A stretch of DNA of 64,000 nt, from contig NC_043008.1 of the NCBI RefSeq assembly GCF_006345805.1, positions 21,824,001 through 21,888,000 of the forward strand. The letters run 5' to 3'. Shown piece after piece: positions 50,955 through 63,483 of the stretch. The notes under the pieces are model-generated. The model saw nothing but the letters and a program-made list of their open reading frames with translations. It searched no databases and was not told where the DNA came from. Positions within the stretch are counted from its first letter, which is position 1. Each line of letters begins with the position of its first letter. The translations under genes were made by a program, and so were the position numbers. The DNA comes from Octopus sinensis. Lineage: Eukaryota.

Positions 50955-52010
50955 CATTATATGATAAATTGGAAGTTCAGAGAAATGAAGAACATGGGTA
51001 GGAAAACAAACAGAAAAATCTACTACTGAAATCTGGTATGTCTCTTATGTGTATGGAAAGGAAGCAGGGTTGGAGGAGTCTGAGACAAATAGAGAACTTA
51101 TTACAAAGAACTTGTAACAAAGTAACTAGAGTTGTTCTTGAAAAACACCTAAAAGAAAGTAAGTGTAGACTGATTAATATAATAGAAGAATTAGAAAAGA
51201 AAAACCACCAAAGACTTTTCTCTGCTTTCAAGTATTTCCTTGTATATAATCTATGAGTTAATTGTACCGAGGGAAAAGAAGAGCTTTAGATTGGAATAAA
51301 GTTACAGAAAAATAAAGAGAAAGAAAAAGGAATAAAATTCGAAACGAAAACGAAACGAATCTCAAAAGAATGTTAATGATGAATGGAGAGAAAAACTTCT
51401 CTGACAGTTCTCTGGAAGACTGGACACAGTCGAGAACTGTGTCAGTTATGAAAAGCCAGCAGTGACACAAAAGCAGAAATGGAAGGTTTGATTTTAGTGG
51501 CATAAAATCAATATCTAACGACAAAGAACTACGAAAATTAAAATAATAAAACAAAATGTCTAACGTGAACTGCAGACAATGTAATCAACGTAACGAAACA
51601 ATCGACCAGTTCATTTCCGGCTGCCTAGTCCTTGCAAAAGACATAATATATCGAGAGACACGAATAAGTAGGTAGGTCTATCTACTCGATTATATGCAGA
51701 CACTCCCACATGCAAAACTGAATATAAATTCTATTTGCATAAAAACAATTTCCCAGTTTAATTATGATACTCTGAAACATGCCGATCTTTGCTGAAAGAC
51801 GGGGCCAAAACAAATCGCCCTGAAATCAAAAAATCCGGAAAGATATTCTTGAATACGTTGATGAATATTTCCCTCGGTTCAGATTAAATTATCGCTGGAA
51901 GACAAATGTTGAAAAGTTAGTAAACTACAGAAATCCGAAAGGGAAAATAAGGAAGGTTTTATGTCTGAGAGTGAAAACGTCACCAATAATACCCTAGTTT
52001 TAATATAATT
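50955..52010 (+). pseudogene. Older degenerate R4/Dong-like fragment
   Basis: YMINWKFREMKNMGRKT.RKLLLKSGM, ERKQGWRSLRQIE, CRQCNQRNETIDQFISGCLVLA and KTNRPEI align in order with the 48546 element. Confidence 0.7.
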
Positions 52011-52034
52011 TAATATAATAACTGATACCTTAGT

Positions 52035-52392
52035 TATTATACTCTTTTACTCTCTTTACTCTTTTATTTGTTTCAGTCATGTGACTGTGGCCATGTTGGA
52101 GCACCGCCTTTAGTCGAGCAAATCGACCCCAGGACTTATTCTCTGTAAGACTAGTACTTATTCTATCGGTATCTTTTGCCGAACTGCTAGGTTACGGAGA
52201 CGTAAACACACCAGCATCGGTTGTCAAGCGATGTTGGGGGGACAAACACAAACACACATACATATATATATATATATACATATATACGACTGGCTTCTTT
52301 CAGTTTCCGTCTACTAATTCCTCTCACAAGTCTTTGATCGGCCCGAGGCTATAGTAGAAGACACTTTCCCAAGGTGCCACGCAGTGGAACTT
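52035..52392 (-). mobile_element. SINE family A, head truncated
   Basis: Body matches 325-660. Confidence 0.88.
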
Positions 52393-52475
52393 TGGGCAAG
52401 TGTCTTCAAAAAGAACTTGATCGAAAATATTTCGAAATAATTATTAAAACTAACACTATATTGTTAGTTCCTTAT

Positions 52476-52808
52476 AAGGGTAAAGACCCCCTTCGGTCAT
52501 GAATGACCATGGGATTGCACCTAGAAAGTTACCCTCCTAGACACAAGTCCGGGCAAGGTTGTTTATGGAAGGCCAGCAGTCGCCCATGCATACCAGCCTC
52601 CCCTCTCCACGCCACCAGTGTTATCCAAGGGAAAGACAAAGGTCGATACAGCTCGACACCAGTGACGTCGCAACTCATTTCTACAGCTGAGTGAACTGGA
52701 GCAACGTGAAATAAAGTGCCTTGCTTAAGAACACAACACGCAGCCCGGTCCGGGATTCGAGCTCACAACCTCACGATCGTAAGCTCGACGCTCTAACCAC
52801 TGAGCCAT
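52476..52808 (-). mobile_element. SINE family C
   Basis: Reverse complement of 30819-31160. Confidence 0.9.
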
Positions 52809-54583
52809 TCATAACCTTTCAAATCATCTACGTTACCCCTGTCACATCTTTAACATCTGTATTTAATCACTCTAGACGCACGTTTAGTAATTCGATTACT
52901 GAATAAGCTGAGACTTCAGCTAACAATTTTAGAATGAACATTTGAGAAGAAATGCTTTTTCTGAAAACTTGCGATGGGACTAAATATAGGAGAAATAAAA
53001 AAGGGACAAGTCTGCTGGTACAATCTTCCCTACAGTTGAAAAGTTTTAATCCCTCGTACTAAAATTTTCTTCCCTACCTTTCAGGTGGGGAATTATTTAG
53101 AAATAGTTCCCCACCCTAAGATGTACGTGTATGTGCGTGTGTGTATGTATATATATATATATATACATACGTACATACATACATACATACATACATACAT
53201 ACATACATACCACCACATACTATAGACAATGTAATCAACGTAACGAAACAATCGACCAGTTCATTTCTGGTTGCCTAGTCCTATATATATATTTATATAT
53301 CTTTTATTTTTTACTTGTTTCAGTCATTGGACCGCGGCCATGCTAGGGCACCACCTTGAATAATTTTTAGCCTGGTACTTATGCTATCGGTCTCTTTTGC
53401 CCATCCTCTTTCGAAACATATTGAAAGACTTATACAAGAAACTAGCGAAGGGTCAAATAAAATAAACATGGATTCATCCATTTTACTGAATTATCTTTTT
53501 CGTCCAGAGTCATTAAAATTTCAGAGCTAAAAACAGGAAATCACCCCTGCGGAAAGTCCAAGAGAAAAGATCTGAAAAACAAACAATGGTTTAAATATTG
53601 TGACTTGCACAGCGAAAAGAGATATAAAACTGCGAGAAAAATTACGGACAAACAGTTACAGGGTATTAGCAAATAATGGAATCTTTCTAATTGAGACAGA
53701 GACAAACGGTGGTGGGTGTGTAGTGACGTCATTCTTCAGTGTGCGTGTGCGGACTTGGAACCTTCTGGAAAGGCCTAAGGAAGTTCCCTAATGCACATAC
53801 GCTAAAAACTGGGAACGAGAATTCTATGGCGATCGTTGAAGAGAGAAGACGTATTTAACGTGTTATCAGCCTATTCTCCTGTCCCAGACGCTTGGGATTT
53901 GACCTGCTCTGTTGCTGCTGGAGTTGTTGTGAGGTTTATCGTTACAAATGTTTAACTTCAGTCTTGCTGTACCTACACCAAGTGGTAACGAATTTACCAA
54001 CGTGCCTTCTTTATGTAAATAACGAAATAAAGTGTCATATTTTTTAAGGTTGCTTTCTTGTTCCTGACACCGGTAGTTTTTGGAAACAAAGAAGGAAATT
54101 GTGTTGCACCCAAACAGTGCAAAAGACACAACCTGTTTCAGACAGTTCCTTTACAGGTGACTCAAGAGCATTGCTGCTATCATGCAACTCTATACAACTT
54201 GTTGCATGTTTGGATCGTTGGTCACTAAACCGGCAAACCCGTCAAGCACGATTGGTGAAGAGATTGATCTTAGGGCACCCTACCAAAACAGCAGATGAGC
54301 TCAACAAGGCCAACGGTCATCCATTAATGTGTATACAATATAAGCGCGTATGTGTGATAGGCGTATATTTTTGTATATACAAATGTGCAAGGAAGAAGTA
54401 TACGTTTATCTAATCCTTCTTGCTTTTTCTCTTTCGTTTTATTGGCGTAAGAACTTACTACACAACAAGCTTAACATCTTCAAACATTTAGAGAGCGGTG
54501 GTCGTGTTATACAACCGTTCGTCACAGTAAAATTTGATATGAATTCACTTTCTGCGCAGTCCATTTCTTTTTTCTAGCGTGAG

Positions 54584-54789
54584 TCAAGACATAAGCTTCT
54601 TACTTCCACAAACACACAATGGCACCTTCATTACGGCAATAGGTATATCCCCGTCTCCGTCTACGTCTCCTATTGAAGTGCTATTGGTTGAGGAAATCGG
54701 GGTCTTTTCAACCTGGTATATGTCCCTCACATCTTGCCCATTACAAGGAGGCAATATATCATAGGGCCCATTACAGGGAGGCATTATAT
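54584..54789 (-). CDS. Probable terminal coding exon of an unidentified host gene
   Basis: Acceptor CCTCTTTCCTCTTTTGTCTTTCCTCTTTAG at 54790; phase-1 open frame xDIMPPCNGPYDILPPCNGQDVRDIYQVEK...CVCGSKKLMS*; in-frame 30-bp duplication; AATAAA at 54443-38. Confidence 0.5.
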
Positions 54790-54855
54790 CTAAAGAGGAA
54801 AGACAAAAGAGGAAAGAGGTGTAACAAGTGATGCAGCAATAGTAATAACCTTAAT

Positions 54856-54903
54856 TTTTGTCGATATTTTGTCGATATTTTGTCGATATTTTGTCGATAT
54901 TTA
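54856..54903. repeat. 11-bp tandem repeat (GTCGATATTTT) x4
   Basis: Directly visible. Confidence 0.9.
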
Positions 54904-55129
54904 TGGCGATGAAGACAACGACAAGGAGAAGGAGGGGAGAGAAAGAAAGGTTGCTGGTTCATCCACATGTGTGTCTCCATGTGTACATGTATGTAGCGTG
55001 AGTGTGCAACATTTAATAAATGGATATGCTTGTAAACAAGTGGGTATATATTATGTGTGTGTGTATATGGGTACGTATCTGTGTATATCTATTGAATGCT
55101 TATGTATGTATACAAGTGTGTGTGCATAA

Positions 55130-55132
55130 TAA

Positions 55133-55172
<40 letters not shown>

Positions 55173-55222
55173 GCATATATGTGTATATATATTATATATA
55201 TATATATATATATAAACATGCA

Positions 55223-55290
<68 letters not shown>

Positions 55291-55628
55291 TATATAACAT
55301 ATAGATGTGTATATACATGTACATAGATTAAAGCACACATACATACGTATATACATACATGCGCGTTATGAAGAGAAAAAGGGACAGTACATGTGTGTGT
55401 GAGAATGTGTGTATATATATATATATATATATACATATATACATATGCATACAATCATACATGCATACATACGTACGTACATACATACATGTATACATAC
55501 ATACATGCATACATACATGCATGCATGCAAGCATGCATAATACATACATACATGCATACATATGTACATGCATGCATGCATGCATACATACATGCACGCC
55601 TACATACATACATACATACATACATACA

Positions 55629-55659
<31 letters not shown>

Positions 55660-55660
55660 T
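55130..55660. repeat. (TA)n/(CATA)n/(CATG)n compound microsatellite
   Basis: Directly visible. Confidence 0.92.
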
Positions 55661-56074
55661 TGCTATAAAGAGAGAGAGTGGGGTGAATAAAGCCATCATA
55701 TATCCATAGTTGTTAGAATTGCCCTTGAACTAGCGCCCAGTTTTAAATACAATGGATTACAGAAAGTGATTTATCGTTTCGTTGTTTCGCATGCAAATTT
55801 GTTTTTATTTCTTAAAATATTCCAGTTTATTATTCTATAAATCGGAACATTAATAAGTATTGCAATGTTTGAAAATATTTCAAATTTCGTTAAAAAAAAT
55901 TAAGAATCTGAGTCATATAGCATGATACTTCAATATTTTATGGATTTAAGCATATTTAAACGAGAAACAATGAAAGAACAAATAATTATCTATCTCCCGT
56001 AATATTTGAAACAGCTGTAGTCTCTTCTAAGGCATATCTTTGACAAAAATAATGGTTTCAAATTTTGGCTCGGG

Positions 56075-56880
56075 GGTCAGCCGTTATTGAGGGGAGGAGC
56101 AAGTCGCACTTGACTGGTGCCTATTTTACAGACCGCGAAAGGATGAAAGGCAAAGTCGACCTTGGCGGAATTTGAACTCTGAACGTAAAGACAGACGAAA
56201 AACCTATTTCTTTACTATCCACAAGGGGCTAAACATAGAGGGGACAAACAAGGACAGACGGATTAAGTCAATTATATCGACTCCAGTGCGTAACTGGTAC
56301 TTAATTTATCGACCCCGAAAGGATGAAAGGCAAAGTCGACCTTGGCGGAATTTGAACTCTGAACGTAAAGACAGACGAAATACCAATTTCTTTACTACCC
56401 ACAAGCGACTAAACACAGAGAGGACAAACAAGGACAGACAAACTGATTAAGTCGATTATGTTGACTCCAGTGCGTAACTGGTACTTATTTAATTGACCCC
56501 GAAAGGATGAAAGGCAAAGTCGACCTCGGCGGAATTTGAACTCAGAACGTAACGGCAAACGAAATACCACTAAGCATTTTATCCGGCTTTCCTGCCAGCT
56601 CATCGCATTATCTTTAATAATCCTTTCTGTTATAAGTACAAGGCCTGAAATTTTTGGGTGAGGAGGCTAGTCGATTACATCGACCTCAGTGCTTAACTGG
56701 TACTTATCTCATCCACCCCAAAAGGATGAAAAGTAAAGTCGACCTACGTGTAATCTGAACTCAAAATGTAAAGACGGACGAAATACCGCCCGGCGTGCTC
56801 ACGATTCTACCAGCTCGCTGCTTTTACTTTATTTTTAATAATAATAATAATAATAATAATGATAACGATAATAATAATAA

Positions 56881-56940
<60 letters not shown>

Positions 56941-57995
56941 TAACAATAAGGATAATAATAACGATAACAATAACAATAATGATAATAATAACGATAATAA
57001 TAATAATAATAATATAATAATAATAATAATAATAATAATCTTTTCTACTCTAGGCACAAGGCTTGAAATTTTTAGGGAGGGTGCAAGTCGATTAGATCTA
57101 CCCCAGTACTTGACTGGTACTTAATTTATCGACCCCGAAAGGATGAAAGGAAAAGTCGACCTCGGCGAAATTTGAACTCAGAAAGTAGTCAGGCGAAATA
57201 CCGCTCAGTATTTCGCCCGGCGTGTTAACGATTCTGCCAGCCCACCGCCTTTGCTTTTTCTTTAATGATGATGTTGATAATGATGATATATGTTTATTCA
57301 GTATGAGGTCTTAGGGAGACAACACTTCTTGATCCGCGGTTTCAATCTCCGATCAAAAGATGCGTGTTTTGTCCAACAACTGGAGCGTAAAGAGCATACA
57401 AGTTAGAATTCCCCTTCAGCAACGCTGACGGTCATTTGTTGACGGTTATATAGAAATGCAGTGACACTGCAAAGTAAAGGCACCGGGACTAACAAAGGCA
57501 TATTTATTGAAATTAATGCGTGAAATGAAAATCACAATGGTAGTGTGACACAAATATTTCCCGCTTAGACGCAGAAGTACGTCTTAAAATCTCTGTTTTT
57601 ATACCTTAAAAAGCGACTGAATCCGAACGGGGAGCATAATCAAATCCTTTACCTCGTTACCTAAAACAAGAGGAAGGACTCAAACGAGAAAATGAAGTTG
57701 CCGCCCGTCCGTTTATCAAGAAGTACGCCTTGAGCTGTGCCAACCGAACCTCTGTATTTTCTTATTTCTTTATTGCTCACAAGGGTTTACACTCAGAGGG
57801 GGAAAAGAAGGACAGACAAACAGTTTAAGTCGATTATATCGACCTCAGTGCGTAACTGGTACTTATTTAATCGACCCCGAAAGGATGAAAGGCAAAGTCG
57901 ACCTCGGCGGAATTTGAACTCAGAACGTAACGGCAGATGAAATTCGGCTACGCATTTCGCCCGGCGTGCTAACGTTTCTGCCAGCTCGCCGCCTT
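56075..57995 (-). mobile_element. Cluster of six SINE family B units, including a tandem trimer at 56075-56600
   Basis: GAAAGGATGAAAGGCAAAGTCGAC at 56137, 56317 and 56501; further copies at about 56625-56825, 57035-57250 and 57760-57995; (AAT)n tail expansion at 56836-57037. Confidence 0.88.
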
Positions 57996-58671
57996 ATTTT
58001 CTGTCTAGTTGGGTGCATAGAATAAGAGACGCAACCTGCTTGGCCGGACTTCCATTATCTGGCTGCAGTAAAAGAGGATGGAGCTGGCGTTCCGTAGTGA
58101 AAATAATTTTAAATGTCACAAGGGAAAAATAATGGTAAAATCTCAAATACCGACAGTCTCTGTAACCGCGTTCAAAAAGCATCGAATGAAGTTCACTTCA
58201 ATACCATAAGTTAGAAAGATTGGACAAACTCTTCTTCGTTTATAAACTGATGGTATTAGCTACCATTTCGAGTAGACCAGTCGTCGATTTTCTGAATTTG
58301 AAGATGTTGTTCATCAACGTAGATTGCTTTGATTGCAATTTCTAGCATCTTGGTCCCCAGTGTAGCTTGAATAAACGATGAGTGTCGGTAACTTGTTGAA
58401 CAATCGTGGGTCACCATTGTAGAAGGCTTTGGTTATTAGCCTTTCTCCATTGGGTGTCACCATTACTGGTTCTCGATGGATGGCTATGATGAACGATTGT
58501 TTGGTTGGGTTGAATTTGGCTGCGTGCTGTTACCCCATATGTAACCGAATCCATTTAGATTTCTGATAAAATCATTTATTTACACATTATTTTACTATAT
58601 TTACAGCTGTTTCTTTTTATTGAAGGCTGTTTTACTGTTTACAAGGAGAGAGAGACATGAATAAACGTTGT

Positions 58672-58884
58672 ACTGTTGGCTGTTGTTGTTAAGCAACAAG
58701 ACGGGTAAGGGTGATTAGGTGATGGTCTAGGGCTTAGGGGCCGGAGACCCCAGACCTTGGAATAAAAAAAAACTTTGGTCGTCTTGTTATAGTCGAGGGC
58801 TCTTCGTTGACGCCCGACACCATTGGAGGGTGGCCCTCAAAGTCGCTGGAAATGGAGATCTCCAGGTCCAAATTCTTGAACGGC
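58672..58884 (-). mobile_element. Copy of the (AAC)n-tailed repeat
   Basis: Reverse complement of about 41675-41880. Confidence 0.75.
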
Positions 58885-59429
58885 TACTGTTGGCTAAGAA
58901 ATTAACGCTTCTTTATTCATGTTGTGAGAGGTGGGAAAATTGAATGCTCATGGTGGACCAACGACAGCTTTTACCTTTGGATCGAACAGCGACCAAGAAG
59001 CCTTTCTGCTCACGGAACGCTGGTACTTCGCGCTGTCGTTGAACCGCGCTTCTATATTTATAGCCATGTTTTAGTGGGAAAATAATGGAAAATTCCACAA
59101 AACTACATACGCTCGAACGATCGCTGCAGAAGTATGGTTGGTTAGAATTCAAAACAAGCCACCTGGTATGCTGTCGCCTAATTCTCGTTACCAGGCTAAT
59201 AAAATTTCGATTCTAAGCTTTGCGGCAACAGTATTAGTCACGTGGACAATAAGAGTTTTGACAGCCAGTCTTGTACCGTTACAGAGTTTCGGTGCGTCCA
59301 AATTCCATTGCCGCATATTGGGTGCTCTGATTTTCAGTTGCAGATTGTGAAACAAGGACACCTATGAAACGCAGAGAGTTAAGAAACACTGTTAGATAGG
59401 AGGTAGCATAGTTGAAGTTAACTTCAGAG

Positions 59430-60400
59430 CGAACAGTAACTGTACAAATCAGCTTTTTCGTGGGCAAAAACCATACTGATTGTTAGCCAACAAATTATTT
59501 TCTTTAAAAAAACATGATCAGCTTTTCTCTAATAATCCGTTTCATGACTTCGCTGATGAACGTAATAGGACAGATATGTCTGTAATTTCTAGCATCTACT
59601 CTGCTTCCTCCTCCATGCCAAGGGTATATTAATGCCATCCCTCAACATTTAAAGAGATTTCTAACTTGACAAGAAACTTCCTTAAAGTATCGGGAGTGGA
59701 TTATCTAAAGCCTGTTTACATGTTTTTTAGGAGGCTTACTAGAAATCCACTGGGGCCTGTGGATGTTATCAACAGTCGATATTACATCTTCCGCATTTAT
59801 GTCCAAATAATCGATGGTTACCATTTTCCTTTGTAGAACTGTGGTGTCGATTCTATATTCTCGATCGTCCTCGTCTCTCTTGTGGTTTTCTTGCCTTATA
59901 TTGACCTTTTAACCGATTAAAATTTTTTGCTCAACATTTCCTAAGAACATTCCGTTTTCTAGCAATTATAATTTTTTTTCCTTCTCGAACATATCTAATG
60001 CAAAATGCTTACATTATCGACATAAATTGCTCGAAATTTATGGCACTGTCAGGCGTAGAGAAACTTTCTAGCTCCTTCCGTGTCAGGATTTCTTCTGGAA
60101 TGGATTTCCAGTCAGTTTTGCGAAAGTTAAAGTTGGACAAAGGTCGAACACATCTTGCACATTGCGTATCTGCGATTTCACCCCGGACAACACATCTTAA
60201 ATTCTTAACAGAAAATCGTCGGTGTCACCTCATTGCAGGTACATCGCATGTGAAGAAAGGATCTAAAGTGCGTGTATTGCTGTTACTCGGAGTATAATTT
60301 GCTCCATGAATTGTATACTAGAAAGTTCCAATAGGTATTCTGATAGTCATTCAGATTACGTACATTCTGGAAGGAATATGGTCTTCACAGCTTTGGCTCA
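59430..60400 (-). pseudogene. CR1-like LINE internal fragment (endonuclease end to RT start)
   Basis: NFNFRKTDWKSI, STGPSGF, GGSRVDARNYR..ITFISEVMKRIIREKLIMFFKENNLLANNQYGFCPRKS; many stops. Confidence 0.8.
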
Positions 60401-60425
60401 TTCAGTAATATAGAGGGTAGGTTGG

Positions 60426-60465
<40 letters not shown>

Positions 60466-60505
60466 TCGCACACACACATACACACGCATATATACATACA
60501 TATAT

Positions 60506-60563
<58 letters not shown>

Positions 60564-60613
60564 CATATATACATATTATATATGTGTGTGTGTGGTGTGT
60601 GTGTGTGTGTGTA

Positions 60614-61094
60614 CAGGGACTGGACAAAATAATGGAAACACCTAGCATCATAGCATGTTAATTTTGAAATATCTATAAAACTGTCAAAAGCTTGTTTATT
60701 TTTATGTTGTTTTTTTTTAGTTTATTATTAGTGTTGCTTAATATGTTTTGCTAAAATTTCTCTTTCTTTTTAGATATCATTAGAAAAAGGTAATTAAAGT
60801 TCATAAAAATTACAGATATATCGGACTTTCAAAGAGGTCAGATTGTCGATGCTCGTATGGCAGCTGCTAGTGTAATGAAAACAGCCGAAATGCTTGGTGT
60901 ATCAAGAAGTACCGTCTCGAAAGTAATGATAGCCCTAGAGAACGAGGGAAAAACTTCCTCGTCGAAACAAAACTCCGGAAGAAAACCAAAACTTTCAGAT
61001 ATGAACCGTTTGACTCTTATGCGAATTGTTAGAAAGGATCACAAAAATACAGCTCCCAAAATTTCTGTGGAGCTTAAGAACCTCCTCGAGAACC
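60614..61094 (+). mobile_element. 5' part of a Tc1-like transposon
   Basis: TA|CAGGGACTGGACAAAATAATGGAAACACC TIR-like start; ISDFQRGQIVDARMAAASV..LGVSRSTVSKV..SGRKPKL paired-like HTH; truncated after ENP. Confidence 0.85.
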
Positions 61095-61482
61095 CAGGAG
61101 ATTATCAGATGGTTTTCTATCTATAATTCTCGGGCACAGCCTTGTGTACCCATTACATATATTAAGCTTCATACCACCCAGCCACTCCTGCACCTTGCTT
61201 TATTAAACTGCGGTTACGCTTGAGACACCCGTGAAAAGGTTAGTCAACAAATTAACCCCAGAAATTATTTCTGGTACTTAGTCTGGTACTAATTTCATCA
61301 GGTGTTTTTGCCGACCCGCTAAGTTACAGGGCTATAAACAAGCCGACATTGGTTGTCAAAGGATAAACAGCTACGGTAAAATGATACTGCCTTAGGTACC
61401 TCGCAACGGAATGAACCCGAAATCACGTTGTTGCGGAAGGGACCTTCTTAACCGCACAGCCATGCCTTCGCCTATCTGTCAG

Positions 61483-61525
<43 letters not shown>

Positions 61526-62256
61526 GGTTCGAGAAACAAAGGGCCGACCTGCTCGAGATACGGTCAGAGCGACGAAACCGTTCTGCGAGCACTCGTACAT
61601 TGTCCAACCATTTCCGACCTGTGGGCCTGTGTCGAACGATTGCTATCGCGTGTGGGACGAGTCAGTTTATCAACTGAGCCAATCGTTAATATTGTCACGC
61701 CTCCTTCCCTGAAACGGGAAGGAAGAGCCTTTTTTCATTGTACTTGTGGCTATGGCGAAAGAATGTTATGATGGACGCGTCTGAAACGTCTAGAGACAAG
61801 CACTTTCCTCTCTGGTGAATCTCTCATCAACTTCTTCAAGTATCACTTGAAGAGGAAGGTGAGAGTAGAGAGGGAAGTTTTGTCTAAGGAATGTTTCAAA
61901 AAAAGATGGGTGAATGTAGCAAAGATGGCACGTGTGAATGACAGAGCCACCTTGAGCATAGTCCTATGAACCAGAAAAAGAAAGGAAAAAAGAGAGTCAC
62001 TTACTGTAACGTGCTTTTTGCATGACATTGTTGCCCGAAGTTACCGTGGTTTTTTCTGTAAGCTTTTCTTTCCACGGATAAATCTAATCTGTTCCAACCT
62101 TTTGCATTATGACATTTCTATGATACACGTTCCCTATTGATCGGTTTCTTCCTTTTTTTCCACGATCCCTTTTGATTGAAATTCTACCCCACCCTTCTTT
62201 TCTTTCCTCTATATTTTGTCCTCTGTGTTCAGCCCTGTGTGGCCAATAAAGAAACA
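61526..62256 (+). mobile_element. 5'-truncated L1/Tx1-clade LINE (C-terminal zinc knuckle plus 3' UTR)
   Basis: GPTCSRYGQSDETVLRALVHCPTISDLW..(frameshifts)..LVAMAKEC..WTRLK..LINFFKYHLKRKVRVER..FKKRW; stop at 61967-69; (TATC)n on both sides. Confidence 0.8.
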
Positions 62257-62283
62257 TATCTATTTATCTATCTATTTATTTAT

Positions 62284-62366
<83 letters not shown>
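62257..62366. repeat. (TATC)n microsatellite
   Basis: Directly visible. Confidence 0.95.
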
Positions 62367-62367
<1 letters not shown>

Positions 62368-62435
62368 GTGTGTTCATGTGTGTGTGTTTATTAATAATCA
62401 AATTAAAGGTTGTCTCTGGGGTCGAATGTTTCATG

Positions 62436-62473
<38 letters not shown>

Positions 62474-62662
62474 GTGTGTGTGTGTACATATATATATGTA
62501 TGCGTGTGTATTTATGTATGTATACTCATGTTTCCTTTTCTATTTGCCTCTTTGCGTCACCAAACTTGTGTGTGTATTCATCTATGTATTCATATATACC
62601 TACATATGCATATACTTATATACATTTATACATATACACAAACACTCGCGTTCGCACGCACG

Positions 62663-62696
<34 letters not shown>

Positions 62697-62707
62697 CATA
62701 CACATCC

Positions 62708-62746
<39 letters not shown>

Positions 62747-63483
62747 ATTGAAATGTTTGTTGATGTTGCTGTTGTTGTTGTTGTTGTTATGGTTGACACC
62801 CCCCCCACATCTTACCTTGATTTATCGACTGATTAAACACACGTGACCATCCCGTCTTTTTCGGATCCTATTTCGCTACAATATCTGTCCTGTTTTTTTT
62901 TTTTTTAATATTTATATGTATTTCTATCAATATAATGTGACTTGCTTTTTATTTCGAATTGGGTGCTATTTTTAGCAGGTCGAATTGCTTGTGTAGAGGT
63001 GGTTTCGGGTGACACTTAACACTCCTTCACCCTCCACACCCTTTCTCTCCCCCGCCTCTCTTTTTCTCTATATCCCTCTCTCTCTCTCTCTTTCCCTCTC
63101 TCACTCTCTCTAATTTCACCACTCCTACCACTACTGCCACCTCTATCATTACGACCGGCTGCTTGCGTCAAGCGTCACGTCACGTCACGCTGAAAGTATC
63201 AATCAATATATCGATCAGAGGTATTTATGTGTGTGTATGTGTGTGTGTGTGTGTGTGTGTACGTGTGTATTTGCCAACAGACTAGCCAGCCAGCCTGCCA
63301 GTCAGCCAGCCAAGCAATTAAACCACCTGCCGTCTCGCCAACCAGGTAGACAAGCAACTGTCTATAATAATGTATTTGCTCTCAGGGTAGAATACCAAAT
63401 TTGTATTGGCAGCTTGCTAGCTTGCTTGCTCGGCTAGTTGCTTGTTTACTTGGTTGCCCGTGATTGTTGGAAGGCTAGCTGGC

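Noticed and set aside
54625-54670. GDVDGDGD as an EF-hand or FG-GAP calcium-binding motif
   Set aside because: Single short motif without flanking helices or repeat context; insufficient for a domain call.
57600-58080. Candidate micro-exons on the minus strand (TTTTAG|GTAACGAG|GTAAAG near 57655; CTGCAG|27 nt|GTTGCG near 58050)
   Set aside because: Phases do not connect to the 54789 exon, and such splice-like strings are frequent by chance in AT-rich DNA.
58250-58550. Minus-strand frame AAKFNPTKQSFII...YTGDQDARNCNQ resembling a LINE ORF1 knuckle region
   Set aside because: No intact CCHC, contains a stop, and lies on the wrong side of the CR1 fragment; cannot be supported without a search.
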